DNA of 63,851 nt, filler included, from Octopus bimaculoides (GCF_001194135.2; 7 parts of 6 records of this genome joined end to end with filler, not necessarily neighbours in it); one strand, 5' to 3'; shown: positions 42,130 to 55,439, counted from the first letter of the whole stretch. Notes: generated by a model not told the origin, from the sequence alone. A program made the numbers and translations.

Positions 42130-42373
42130 CAGACACGACAGAGCTGGGACCTACATACACTGGAAGCCATGCCAACACTATGGAATAACAGCAAGCAACC
42201 ATATTCTGGGATACGCCAATACACACAGATAGAGAAATTAAGGCCAATAGGCCAGATATAGTTGTCAGAGATCATAAAGAAAAAAATTGCTTTCTAATAG
42301 ATGTATCAATACCAGCAGATGACAACGTTTCCCTAAAAGAAATGGAGAAACTTTCAAAATACAAAGACTTGGA
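42130..42373 (+). mobile_element. Restriction-like endonuclease fragment of an R4/Dong-like LINE
   Basis: ATIFWDTPIHTDREIKANRPDIVVRDHKEKNCFLIDVSIPADDNVSLKEMEKLSKYKDLE. Confidence 0.85.
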
Positions 42374-43051
42374 AAGTAAAACCGGACGAAATGCCGCTCA
42401 GCACTTTGTCCGGCGTGCTAACGATTCTGTCAGATCGCCGCTTTACAACTGATCGCTATCGATGATTGATATTATCGATACGTTCGATCACATTTGATTG
42501 CTTCTGATTACCGATCAGATTTCCATCGCAGCCAGAACACACAACGCCCAACCCTAACCTATTCTAGGGGTGTGGCACAAAGCAGGATTATTGGTCTAGA
42601 AATGTTTACTGTATTCCTACTTGATGTGATGAGTTAATGCCGTGGTTACCTTCAACTCGTACAACAAAGAATGCTTTTATTCATTTACCATTTGCAGGAT
42701 ATTTGAACCTCGACAGGGATGACTGAGTCTGGTGTGTTAGAACAGAGATCGCAGAGACCATCCATTCCAGACTATTCAGTAAACGCACAGCTACGTAATA
42801 CCTTCAGTACCTCAGTTTCCTTTATAGATCTTTCATATAATATTGTTTGTTCGTTGTAAACTAAAGAGGTATATTTTAATGTCCACTGTCTTCCGCATCA
42901 TTCTTCATTTTGACAAAGTGATGCTCTGGAGTTTTTTTTTATGTCTTTACTCTACCTCATCTACGATAGCTTTGTGTCTTTCTCATGTTCGCCAATCGAG
43001 AGTCGTTCGTGCACTTTAGAGCTTGCAGTTTAATTCGCACAACTTTTGCGT

Positions 43052-43436
43052 CTTTTACTTGTCTGAGTTATTAGACTGAGGCCATGCTGGGGCACCACTA
43101 TGAAGAACCTTTAGTCGAATGAATCGACACCACTACCTATTTTTTAAAAGTCCTGGTACTTGCTCTATCGGTTCTCTTTTGCCGAACCGCTAGCTTACGG
43201 GGACGTAAATACACCAACACTGGTTGTCAAGAAGTGCTGCGAGGAGGCAAACACAGACACGAAGACACACACACACGTGTAAACAGGCTTCTTTCAGTTT
43301 CCGTCTACTAAATCCACTCTGGGCTTTAATCGACTCGATGCTATAGTAGAAGACACTTGGCCAAAGTGTCACGCAGTGGAATTGAACCCGGAACCATGTG
43401 GCTGGGAAGCAATCGTCTTACTACACAGCTACGCCT
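43052..43436 (-). mobile_element. SINE family B copy
   Basis: Homologous to 46812-47218. Confidence 0.8.
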
Positions 43437-44599
43437 GGAAAATATTTTCACGGAGAATGTTTACCGCTGCGCATTGTATTTTCCGACAAAGTTATACTTC
43501 CTACAGAAGGCTCACTTACTAATTAAATGTCTCTTTAATCTAATTGCATTCTTTATTGCTTTTACTTATCGTTAATTCTCTCCTAACTATCTATAATCCG
43601 ATCGTGGTACGCTTTCCATGTTAGAAAAGTAACATTCAACTTCGGTGATAATGTCTTTCTCTCTCTCCAAACTTCTTAAGTCGATTTTACGGATCATACA
43701 ATTTTGGTCTGTCATAAACTAACTGAAACCTTGGAAAAATGTTCTCTGTTTATCCATTAATCTACTGAATATGTAGATTGAATATATGTCAGATAATTGG
43801 AATACTGTAATTAGATTTATGAAGACATTACAACCTCTCGTTATTTCTTCTATCATGCTATAATCCCCTCATAACTGTCACTCAGTTCCACGACCACCAT
43901 AGCGCTACTTTGTAAATGTTAAACAATCGCTTCTATCTCACGGTGTACGAAGATCTAGTCCAGCGGTGCACATTCAATATTTACCTACAGATCCTTTGAT
44001 TTCTATTTTATTCGTGTGGATCCCCTTAAACATTCGACATTTAAAAAGTTTCTCTTTTATTTTAATAATTAAAATATTATTAGGAATTGTATACAAAAAT
44101 CGTTAAAATGTTTTGTGTATTTAAGAATATAACTATTTCATTATTTTTAAGGTTTTTTTATAGAATATCTGTAGAAAAAACCTTAAAAATAATATAACAA
44201 GTACTGCTGGCGCAGTAGGACGTGGTACTGACTTATAAAAACATTTAATATACTTCATAGTATATTGTATTTGCATAACGAAGTACCACGAACCTACATA
44301 CCTTTAACTATTTCATTGCCCATACATTTTAACAGCAAAATCTTATATGGACCTCCAAGGGCCATATGGATCCTTAGGGTTTCATAGGGACCCCGTTTGA
44401 GAACCACTGATCTAGTCGATCCAAAAGCGATTTGTTTTCTAAAAAAGAAAAAAAGAGTCGCCTAAATCTAACCACAAGAGTTTATTCGGTAGGAGTCTCT
44501 GACTCACTTCATTCCTCCACCCAACGCCGCACCTATTCATACAAATATCACTCAACTCATTCAGAAGTTATATTCACACGCGTACACAACAAACGCGAA

Positions 44600-44650
<51 letters not shown>

Positions 44651-44886
44651 ATATATATATATATATATACGCACACACACACATATAATTTCTTTATTTG
44701 TGAATTAAGTCTGCCATTGCTTTCATGTTAAAAAAAAAGTAGGAAAAGATCCTAGTCTTAACAATTTTTCCAGCCGATAACNNNNNNNNNNNNNNNNNNN
44801 NNNNNNNNNNNNNNNNNNNNNNNNNTTAATTAATTAANNNNNNNNNNNNNNNNNNNNNNNNNNNNNNNNNNNNNNNNNNNNATATA

Positions 44887-45862
44887 CAGAGGTTGGACAA
44901 AATAATGGAAACACCATAAAATTTCAAAAAAACTAATTTTAATATGGGGTAGGACTGCCTTTGGCAGTAATTACAGCTTGAATTCTACAAGGTATAGATT
45001 GCATTTCCCTCCGGAAACAGTTCCACAACCATAGGATGAATTTGATCAGATAACATGCTTAAATAGTGTTGACTATTAATTCTGCTATGAAGGGAAACCA
45101 TTGGGCTGGTGGATTTCCAAGATATAGCCCCCCCAAATCATCACAGATCCTCGTTCATGTTTAACAGTTGGAAGAAGGCAGTCTGGGTCCAATGCTTCTT
45201 TTGGTTGCCTCTATACGTATATTCTGCCAGTGGTTGGAAATAAGGTAAAGGATGACTCGTCCAAGAAAACAGCATTCTTTCACTGCTCTGGGGACCAATT
45301 CTGTAGGTTTTTACTCCATGCTAAACACTTTGCAATATTTATTTCTGAAAGTAGTGCTTTTCTGATTGCAACCCTCATGTGAAATCCAGCATTGTGCAGC
45401 TCCCAGCGAACAGCTTTTGTGGAAACTGGGTTCTTGTGGTGGTCATTAAGCTCTGCAGTAATTGTGAGAGCTGTACTTTTGTGATCCTTTCTAACAATTC
45501 GTGTAACAGTCTGACAGTCCCTATCTGAAAGTTTTGGTTTTCTTCAAGAGTTTTGTTTCGACAAGGATGTTTTTCCCTCTTTCTCAAAGGCTGTCATTAC
45601 TTTGGAGACAGTACTTCTTGATACACCAAACATTTCGGCTGTTTTCATTATGCTCGCGCCTGCCATACAATGACCAACAATTTGACCTCTTTGAAAGTCT
45701 GATAGATCTGTCATTTTAATGAATTTTAATTATCTATTCTGATGATATCTGAATAGAACCAGCAATTTTAGCAAAACATATTAAGTAACACTAATAATGT
45801 CGGTTTTATAGATATTTCAAAATTATGATGCTAAGTGTTTCCATTATTTTGTCCAACCCTTG
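44887..45862 (-). mobile_element. Tc1-family element with TIRs, TA target site and partly deleted transposase
   Basis: 28-bp TIRs CAGAGGTTGGACAAAATAATGGAAACAC (26/28 match), flanked by TA. Minus-strand remnant from 45714: MTDLSDFQRGQIVG...FGVSRSTVSKV...VFLDESSF...TVKHERGSVMIWGAIS. The C-terminal catalytic region is missing. Confidence 0.93.
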
Positions 45863-45879
45863 TATATATATATCATCAT

Positions 45880-46140
45880 CATCATCATCAGCATCATCAT
45901 CATCATCGTTTAACGTCCGCTTTCCATGCTAGCATGGGTTGGACGATTTGACTGAGGACTGGTGCAACCAGATGGCTACACCAGGCTCCAATCTAATTTG
46001 GCAGAGTTTCTACAGCTGGATGCCCTTCCTAACGCCAACCACTCAGAGAGTGCTTTTACGTGTCACCCGCACGTATATATATATACACACACATTATCAT
46101 CATTTAACGTTCACCTTCCATGCTGGTATGGGTTAGACAG
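45880..46140 (-). mobile_element. SINE/LINE-tail family E with (ATG)n tail (plus a short second tail)
   Basis: catcatcgtttaacgtccgctttccatgctagcatgggttggac...ggatgcccttcctaacgccaacc. Confidence 0.7.
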
Positions 46141-46811
46141 TTAGACTGTGGTCAAGTGTTGTTCTTATATTGTTTGAAGTGCTATGTATCATCTGAAGAA
46201 AGTGTTTTTTCTTTAGTTATGATGTAATGTACTCATCTATTAAAAGAATCTGTTGGAAACAGGTGTACTGAAGTGACATTTATTCATTGTTTATTTGTAT
46301 GTATGCATATACATATGTAGCAAGGGCCATAAAGGCTAAAGGGAACAGGGCAGAGTTATGTTCCCTCATTCTGTCGTCAGTAGGTGGTGCTTTGATGGCA
46401 CTTCCACTAAGGAGGTATAAAACCTTAGTCGGACATTCATTCTCTTTTTCTCTTTCCCCTTCTGTCACCTGCCCACACAGCTAGAACAGCTAGCTCTCTT
46501 TTACTCCTGGCCATGACAACTACTATGCTATGTAGCTGGAGCAATGCTCGCTCTCTATTCTTTCAGCATGAACCTTTAACCCTCAACGACTACTGGCTTA
46601 ATTATTAGCCACACCACTAACTAAATTCCCTAATGAGGGAACAAACAGTTTGCACTCCTTTTGTATTATTTCACACACACCTTTGTAAAGCATGATGATA
46701 TAAAACTTGTTACACATAACCATCTCTGAACATTGTTTGTTGCATACACATACACGCAGCACAATACTAAACAAATGATCTAGACTAATCCTTAACTCTA
46801 TCCTAAACATA

Positions 46812-47218
46812 TACTCTGTTACTCTGTTACCTGTTTCAGTCATTTGACTGCAGCCATGCTGGAGCACCGTGTTTAGTCGAGAAAATCGACCCCCGGACTT
46901 ATTCTTTGTAAGCCTAGTACTTATTCTATCGGTCTCTTTTTGCCGAACCGCTAAGTTACGGGGACGTAAACACACCAGCATCGGTTGTCAAGCGATGGTG
47001 GGGAGACAAACACAGACACACAAACACACATACACATATATATATACATATATACGACAGGCTTCTTTCAGTTTTCATCTACCAAATCCACTCACAAAGC
47101 TTTGGTCAGCCCAAGGCTATAGTAGAAGACACTTGCCCAAGGTGTCATGCAGTGGGACTGAACCCGGAACCATGTGGTTGGTAAGCAAGCTACTTACCAC
47201 GCAGCCACTCCTGCACCT
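46812..47218 (-). mobile_element. SINE family B, full-length copy (internal CA microsatellite)
   Basis: Head AGGYGCAGGAGTGGCTG..TGGTAAG...GGTTCAGTCCCACTG, CCTTGGGCAAG box, GAGTAA-type tail; many homologues in the window. Confidence 0.85.
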
Positions 47219-47512
47219 ATATATATATATAAATATATATACATACATATACATATATATATATACATATACATACATACATATGCATATAAATATATAT
47301 AGACATCCACACATACATATATATACATGTGTGTGTGTGCACATGCACACATACAAGTTAGGGTGAATGTTCACAAAACCACATTAAGCTATGGACACAG
47401 ACAGTGACATCACTGACTGTTTGCAACTTCCTGACAACTGGTGTCATCATCATTAGTGGTTGCGCTGCCATTGGTGAAGTTTATTGATACTTGTTGTCAA
47501 CAAAACCTTCTG

Positions 47513-47552
<40 letters not shown>

Positions 47553-47906
47553 GCACTTAAATTCCTCTGGAATAAAAATCCCTTTCAAGAAAATAGGTGA
47601 CAGGAGATACATCCAGCTGTAAAAATCCTGTTACAATATTTACTTCCTTGCTAGTATGGAAAACAGACATTAAACAAAACAATTTTATTGATTTGAAACC
47701 ATTGTGTATATAATGATGTTATTTTTTCCTTTTCCATGTATATTTCATTTCCTTCTTTTTATATTAGTGTGCTCATAAAGTAATAAAATATGAATCAACC
47801 AATCACATCAGAGCCATGGTCGAATGGTTGGGAACTGTCTAGAAATAGTATATCACCTCTTCTATCCGACAGAGTGTCATTCATAGTTATTTTGGTAATT
47901 AATCCC

Positions 47907-48968
47907 ATGGAGGATAAGAACTTTATGAAACAACATATTTGCCATTGCTTACTGTATGAGTTTTGAAAGAAAAGTGCTGCTACAGAAGCAATAAAAAGTA
48001 TTTGTAAAGTGTATCTGGATGCAGTGAAAGCTCATACATGTTATCTGTGAGTTAAAAGGTTTAAAGATGGTGATTATGACATATCCAACAAGCTTCCCTC
48101 TGAAAGATGACCCACTCTGAATGACAACCTTTTGAATGAGACTCTTGTATCTGATCCACGTCAAAGCACCAGAGATTTGGCACAAAAATTTAATGTGTTA
48201 TGTTCAGTTATCTACGAACATTTCAAGCAAATTGGGGAAACATGCAAACAGGGAATTTGGGTTTCACATGAGCTTATGTTTGAGAACTGAACACAACCTC
48301 TCACCATCTACAGCAGTCTTTTAACCTAGAATAACAACCTGTCATTTCTGCAGTAGATTGTTACAGGTGATGAAAAATGGGGTTTGCATTACAACAGAAA
48401 ACAAAGAAGACAATAGTTATCATATAATGAGAGGCCAGTGCCAACACCAAAACCAGAACTCCATCCAGAATAATCCTTACTTTGTATTTGGTGGAACATG
48501 AACAGTATCATCCATTACAAGCTAGTGGAACATGGAAGGACCATGAATGCAGATGTCTAATGCCAGCAACTTGATCATATAAATGAAAAATTACATCAAA
48601 AGTGGTCAGCTTTGGTAAACAGAAAAATGTATTACTCTCCAGCATGACAATGCACAACAACACCCTAGAAAAAATAAAATTGTAAGGATGGGAAATTCTT
48701 CCACATCCTCCATACTCACCTGACTTAGTACCTATGGATTTCTATCTGTCCCAATCACTAGAACATTTTATAAAAGGCAAAACATTCAGAAATAGGTTTC
48801 TTTGAACATGTCAAAAAAAGTTACTTTCCTGTTGGGCTACAGTTGTTGAAAATGATGGTAATTACAGTCTTGATTAAAACTATTCAGATAATTGTAGTTT
48901 ACATTCGTTTTTATATCCCAAAATTTTAATAGTTTGTATGAAATAAAAATTAAGATGTTCAACCTAAC
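47907..48968 (+). mobile_element. Second, more decayed mariner element
   Basis: Degenerate translation MEDKNFMKQHICHCLLYEF...VTGDEKW...LCIWW...QHDNA...PHPPYSPDLVPMD...VENDGNYSLD* with many stops; possible TIR end caacctaa near 48968. Confidence 0.88.
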
Positions 48969-49064
48969 ACTGAATTCTCAATTGTCATTATTCCAATGTA
49001 AGGGCTAATATATCTATACATTTTTACTTACATTTTCCACTAAACAAATCTTCCAATGAAACAC

Positions 49065-49330
49065 TATTTAGTTTGTCAATAAATACACTGTCCCCTCTAG
49101 ATACAACTTCTACTGACATATATCTTGTTAAATCTCTTGTTATTCCTTACATTACAAATCATAAATTATTCAAGCTTGAGAAGACACTAAAGACATATTC
49201 CAATGAAATATTTGGTTTCTCTATAAATATACCATCCCCTCTATATACAATTTCTACTGACATCTATCTTGTTAAATATCTTGTTGTTCCTTATACTACA
49301 AATCAAACTATTTCAGCTTGAGAAGACACA
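49065..49330. repeat. 144-bp diverged tandem duplication
   Basis: cccctcta at 49092 and 49236; gcttgagaagacac closes both units. Confidence 0.85.
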
Positions 49331-49344
49331 TCAAGTTAAGTAAA

Positions 49345-49595
49345 ATCATAGTTGTGGTCAGTGTCAGTGACAAGTGAAAGGTATCCACGCTGGTGACACG
49401 TAAAAGGCACTCTTGCTTGTGACATGTAAAAGACACCCAGTACACTCTGTGGAGTAGTTGCCATTAGGAAGGGCATCCGACCATAGAAATCAAGCCAGAA
49501 CAGATTGGAGCCCACTGCATGTCTCCAGCTTACCAGCTCCAGTCAAACCATCTTACCCATGTTAGTATGGAAAACAGACGCTAAATGATGATGAA
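49345..49595 (+). mobile_element. Family E copy
   Basis: cacgtaaaaggcac...ttaggaagggcatcc...cccatgttagtatggaaaacagacgctaaatgatgatg. Confidence 0.7.
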
Positions 49596-50093
49596 AACAG
49601 AATGTAATTTACATTTAATCTTGTATATTTTGAGGTCCTTTTTCACTATATAATATTTCTGAACATAGTTTACTTGAGCATTGGGAAGATGAGCCAGAAG
49701 AAGAGGGCCATGACGTCAATGGTCAAGGGACTGACTGGAAGAAGAAGCGTGAGAAGGGAAGTGCGGTGGGGACAGGACAGGGTTGACCTCTTTTGGCTGG
49801 CCAAGGCATTGCAAACGGACGTGAGGGAATTCGCTCTCAGGTTGATGAGATAGCAGCTGCTTATACTGGGTGAAGGGGCAGGACAGGATCGCCGGAGTGA
49901 CTACTACTAGATGGGTGCAGACGAGAGAGGAAAATAGGTGAACCTCTTTTTATTTCTCATGCATTACATGCTATTTTGGCAATTGTATACAGACATCATT
50001 GTCCACTTGATATATGATGACAGCAAAGATAAAGGCATTTTTTCATAAGGTAACTGCATAATAAAAATAAAAATTGCACTGTTTTATGCTTAA

Positions 50094-50610
50094 CTAGCAG
50101 TATAATCCGACGTTGTCCGGGTGTGACTTATTACGCCATCTATGATAAGTCTTGCTAGGTGAAAATCAACTAAAAAAGAAAGCCTTACAACGAAAAAACC
50201 CTTATGATGTAAATATGTTCATAATTCAAAAGACGATGAAATTAATAGGGAAAGTCTGAAGGCTGTTTTGTGTAACATTATTAAGCGTACGTAAATTTCA
50301 TCCGTCTAATTGGCTATAGAAATGCTTGTGCAAAACAACTTTTTGCGCTGCCCTGATTATACATAGCAGGGTAATCCATTTTCGCAGGAGCTAGGACAGC
50401 AATTTGTTATGACGCAATTGCTGGCAATCTGTTGCTACACAGTTTTGTCAGAATTCTATCAGATTGAGCAGAAGATGTTGATGCACCATTTTGCCTTACG
50501 TTCAAAGTAGCTTCTGGAATGTGGTGAATTGGTGCAGTCTGTTGCTGTCTTTTTAAACCGGTTGCATTCTTTCCCCAGCAAACTCTCTTCTTTGGAGGCA
50601 TAATCTATGT
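50094..50610 (-). mobile_element. Older Helitron-like element (3' end clear, 5' limit uncertain)
   Basis: Plus-strand actagcagtataatccgacgttgtccggg is a diverged copy of the 61099 terminus; a short MPPKKR... ORF lies upstream on the same strand. Confidence 0.5.
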
Positions 50611-50654
50611 ATATATTAAACAGAACAACAAAAGTTATAACAGATAGCAGGGTC

Positions 50655-50848
50655 GGTAATTTTTCAGATCAACACCCGCATGATTACCTAACCCTAATCC
50701 TAACCCAAACCCTAACCCCTGACCCTGACCTTAAAACCGTAGCTGTGACACTAACCCTAATCCTAAACCCTAACCCTCACCCTGACCCTAAAACCCTAAC
50801 CCTAACACCGTAGTGAAAATCATGCAGGTGTTAATCTGAAAAATTACC
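50655..50848. mobile_element. MITE with 31-bp TIRs enclosing degenerate (CCCTAA)n
   Basis: GGTAATTTTTCAGAT(C/T)AACACC(C/T)GCATGATT at both ends (29/31); interior of ACCCTA/CCCTAA/CCCTGA units. Confidence 0.8.
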
Positions 50849-51575
50849 CACATTTCTAATGAAGTTCACTGATTTGCAATGAATATCTTTCTCCTTTCTA
50901 TCATGCCCTAACTTAAACAAAACAATTTATTATTAGTGCTTTATGTGAGTGGGACCATTTAAACTTGTAAAAAAAAAGAGGGAGACAGGAAGAGAGAGAG
51001 GGGGGAGAAAGGAATATAGAACGGGAGTAATGAAGAGAGAGAAAGAGAGGAAGGGAGAACGGAAGACAGTTATAAGATAGCAATGAGTGCGCGTGTTTAT
51101 ATAATAAACACACACGAAGTAAATCTTATATCTATAATATTAATGTGTGTATGTGTTTATGTGTATGTTGTTGTTACAGATCACGTATGTGTGGTTGTGT
51201 GTGTTTTTACATTTCTATGTTATGAAAAATATGTTAGAGGTAGAGGAAAGGTATTAAATGAGAGAGAGAGGAAGAAGAAGTAAGAGTGAAAAGGTAAACC
51301 AAGTTAATCTATGACTTTGTATGTATCACTTTCTCTCTCTCCCTCTCCCCCTCTTTTACTCTTACTCTCTATAAGAATGCCGGTACAGGTAGAAGGGAAG
51401 AAATATAAAAGTTGCTAGAAACAACAGTCAAATCTCCCTTAAATCACACAAAGTAAACGGAATTTTAAAAATCTAATTACTGCACTGGAAAGTTCACATC
51501 GAGAAAATTCCATTGATGTAAAAAATTTTACGAAAAAGTGGAAAATGTGGATTTCTATAGATGCAACACACACAT

Positions 51576-51634
<59 letters not shown>

Positions 51635-52064
51635 AACTCAGCTATACTATAGTTATAGATGTCCTTATTATTAGCCTTTTTAATGAATAATTCATTTGTT
51701 GTTTGCATATAAAATAGATTAAAGATCCATTAAGATTAAAACAAATTTCCATTTATGTATAAAGATTATATACTAATCATTGATTTAAATTGAATATTTA
51801 TTAACTTACAAATTATTACGGCAATTTTTTTTTAATAAGTAAACTTTTCAACTTAATAGTTTGCAGTTTTTACATCATTAATTGTTGTTATCATTTTAAT
51901 GTCCATATCATTTTAATGGTATGGGTCAGATAAAATTTATTGAAAAAGATCTTTTATGGTCAAAAACGTTTTACATGGAAGATTACAAATGAATGACACC
52001 TCTTAGATGACAGTGATGTTTACTTACAATATGCGCAAGACATCAAGACAAGGAGAAGCTCACA

Positions 52065-52240
52065 CACATGCACACACACATGCAACAAACATCTTTCAGT
52101 TTCCTTCTACCAAATCTACTCACAGGGCTTTTGGTCAGATTGGAATCATAGAAGAAAATCTTGCCCCAGGTAGCATGTGGGACTGAACCCAAACAACATA
52201 GTTGTGAAGTGAACTTAACCATACAACCACACCAGCACCT
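52065..52240 (-). mobile_element. Old SINE family B 5' half
   Basis: Diverged ctttcagtttcc..ctaccaaatc...gggactgaaccc. Confidence 0.65.
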
Positions 52241-52693
52241 ATTAATCTTTATAAGTAAAATCAATCCTGTTAGAAAATGTAAAATATTTACATGGACACT
52301 ACACTAACCCTAACTTTGAGAAATCACTTTTTTTTTCAGTTCTCAATAATACCCATTCCCAACAAGTAGGACTTTTTTTCAAATTCAATGATCTTTTTCT
52401 TTTTTTGTATTCATAAGTGTATAAACTGTTAGAATAACTCATACAACCATGCAAGTATTAAACTTTCCTCCACACACACACTCTTTCTATATATGAATTT
52501 ATTTCTGCCTTTCGTTCCTCTGAAGTCAGTAAAGTATCAGTCAAATATTGAGGCTGATTTAATTGACTAATCCCACTCACCTCAAAACTGCTGGGTGTAC
52601 CTGATATAAAAACAATAATTTCTCTCTCTTTTCACCATATATTGGAGACAACCACACAATGGCCATTTCTATCAGCTTTGTTGTTATTGTTGC

Positions 52694-52769
<76 letters not shown>

Positions 52770-52794
52770 TTGCCTTGAGCAAAAATTTGAAATA

Positions 52795-53020
52795 AGGTAG
52801 TGAGCTGGCAGAATCGTTAGCACACCAGCCAAAATGCTTAGGGCATTTCATCTGTTTTCAAGTTCTGAGTTCAAATTCCACTGAGATCAACCTTAGCCTT
52901 TCACCCTTTCAGGGTCAATGAAATAAATACCAGCTATGCACTAGGGTCAATGTAATCAACTTACTCCCTCCCCACAAATTTCAAGCCTTGTGCCTATAGT
53001 AGAAAGAATTATTATTATTA
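52795..53020 (+). mobile_element. SINE family C copy with (ATT)n tail
   Basis: gtgagctggcagaatcgttagcac...agtagaaagaattattattatt. Confidence 0.85.
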
Positions 53021-53369
53021 ATATTGTTCAGTAGTTTTATTTTTATAACGTGCTTTCACTTCACTACCGAACGCAGCTCTGTGTGCCTTGGGTATGTGCT
53101 GTGGTTTGCTGTGATGCTCTTATGGTTACTGTATTGAAAGTGTTTTGCGTAGGATGTGTGCAGTACTTTTTTATTATACCTAAGGCACCTACTANNNNNN
53201 NNNNNNNNNNNNNNNNNNNNNNNNNNNNNNNNNNNNNNTTAATTAATTAANNNNNNNNNNNNNNNNNNNNNNNNNNNNNNNNNNNNNNNNNNNNGGATAT
53301 CAGTCAAACTGTTACTTTCTCTCTGTATGTATATAAACAAAATACAATATATGACAAACTTCTTCGTTA

Positions 53370-53858
53370 CAGGGACACCGCTCTAAATCCACGAAAACCG
53401 GTTTTTAACCGGTTTTGAGAATTACTTGTACTTAAACTCGGTTTTGGGAATTATCGGTTTTGTGCGAGCCCTAGACCCTACTGAAGAAGTCATCCTCTAC
53501 CTCTTCGTTGTTGCTGTTCACCTCCACAGATTACTGCCCGATGGCTTCCTCGATCATGCCCTTCATACTTCTCACCTTGGTGAATTTGGTACTATCATAC
53601 ATATCCAACCAGATGAGGTGAAACCTGGGAGTGGAAGGCAGCAGCCAGTTGGCATTCCTCATCGTCCAGGAGGGTCGCAAATCTTTTGTCGATGCCTGCC
53701 AAAACTGCGTCGACCAAGGGGCTGCAGTAGACCAGTTTTGGATAAACGGACTTCAGGTAACGGAAGATAATTAGTCCGATAATGAATATCAAAGTTAAAT
53801 CGTTAACGAAAATGTTAACTTCGTTAATTAATGATTAGCGGACTCACGCCCAGCCCTG
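53370..53858 (-). mobile_element. hAT transposase remnant with CAGGG-type ends
   Basis: Frameshifted peptide YCSPLVDAVLAGIDKRFATLLDDEECQLAAAFH/PRFHLIWLD...EEVEDDFF, resembling the hAT AxxLHPRFKL region; CAGGG...CCCTG ends. Confidence 0.7.
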
Positions 53859-54477
53859 TATATATATATTACTGTTCAGAAAACAATCTAAAAACTTTAA
53901 ATTTACCCTTATGTCACCGACAGCATCTCTTCATTTAGAGAAGTATTAAAAAACCAAAGTCTGTTGTATTTTATTTCTATAACCAACTCGCAAACCAAGT
54001 TATAATAATTGCCATTATGCAAGAAAAAAAAAACCAAACAAACAAAAAACTTCACACTGAAAAAGTTAATTTGGGCGGAGTTAGGCTTCCGAAGGTGGGC
54101 GATCTTACGAATCATAAGATCACAAATCATAACATAAACAATTAGGCATAACTACAGAGTTGTACCCCATCGACTTTGGAAGGTCATAACTTTCAGAAAA
54201 ATGAATATTTTTGAATGAAATTTTCTATGCATATATTATATATTATGTAGATTCCGAATATACAAAAAATTTCGGTGAAAGTGTTTTGGAATGGGGGTGG
54301 GGGGACAATTTTCGGAAATTCCAACAGAGTCCACTTAAATTCCTCTTAACTTCCAGGAAAATGAATATTTTTTCGTGAAATATACCTTGATGTATGTACA
54401 TTTCGAGCATGTAGGAATTTTGAAGGAAACAACTGCAGGTTATTTTTGAGAAGTGTTCCCCACTCGGTGGTGTTTCG

Positions 54478-54704
54478 GAGCAAGTCGTCCATAATTAGGC
54501 AGAAAAGAGAAGCCGTCATAAGAAAACTTACGTTAAAAATAACATGCACACAATTTTTTTTTTCTCAATAGAAGTAAATTCCAAAGTAAACGTTTCTAGT
54601 AGAGAAGCAGAAGATAACAGGGCTGCGTATTACTTCATTAGAAATCTACGGATGTACATACGCACATAATAGAGAAAAATGAAACAATTATGGACGACTT
54701 GCTC
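54478..54704. mobile_element. Candidate MITE with perfect 19-bp inverted ends
   Basis: GAGCAAGTCGTCCATAATT (54478-54496) and its reverse complement (54686-54704); no TSD seen. Confidence 0.55.
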
Positions 54705-54789
54705 ATATTATCAACCCCGAAAGGATGAAAGGCAAAGTTGACCTCAGTGGAATTTGAACTCAGAATGTAGAGACAGATGAAATGCTTAT

Positions 54790-55020
54790 TTCTTTACTGC
54801 CCACAAGGAGGCTAAACATAGAGGGGACAAACAAGGACAGATAAAGGGATTAAGTCGATTACATCGACCCCAGTGCGTAACTGGTACTTATTTAATCGAC
54901 CCCGAAAGGATGAAAAGGCAAAGTGGACCTCGGCGGAATTTGAACTCAGAACGTAGCGGCAGACGAAATACCGCTAAGCATTTCGCCCGGCGTGCTAACG
55001 TTTCTGCCAGCTCGTTGCCT
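54790..55020 (-). mobile_element. SINE family C copy (partial copy immediately upstream at 54705-54790)
   Basis: Reverse complement of gagctggcagaaacgttagcacgccgggcgaaatgcttagcggtatttcg...gagttcaaattccgccgagg...cctttcgggg. Confidence 0.85.
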
Positions 55021-55439
55021 TAAATCAGGGGCCACAAAACTACGGCCCACGAGATCAGTTCAACTGCGCTTTGTATACTTGTACCCCACTGTCACTTTGA
55101 TGGCATGCATTGCTCTCTCACTCTCTAATGGTAGTAATGTAAAGAAGAACAACAACAATGGCGGTAATAGTAACAATAATATATTGAGAGTTTCTGAGAA
55201 AATCATGTGGTTCAAGCAGCTTTGTTTTGTTTTTCTCTGTAGTGTGCACATGTAGAGAAGGGGGGAGGGACTACATGTGATGAAAGTTATCAAAATGTGT
55301 GTGTATGTGTGNNNNNNNNNNNNNNNNNNNNNNNNNNNNNNNNNNNNNNNNNNNNNNNNNNNNNNNNNNNNNNNNNNNNNNNNNNNNNNNNNNNNNNNNN
55401 NNNNNNNNNNNCACACACACACACACACACGCACTCTCT

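Noticed and set aside
49690-49930. GC-rich island with moderately long open frames
   Set aside because: No recognisable protein motif in the frames read; possibly a TE fragment, but unsupported.
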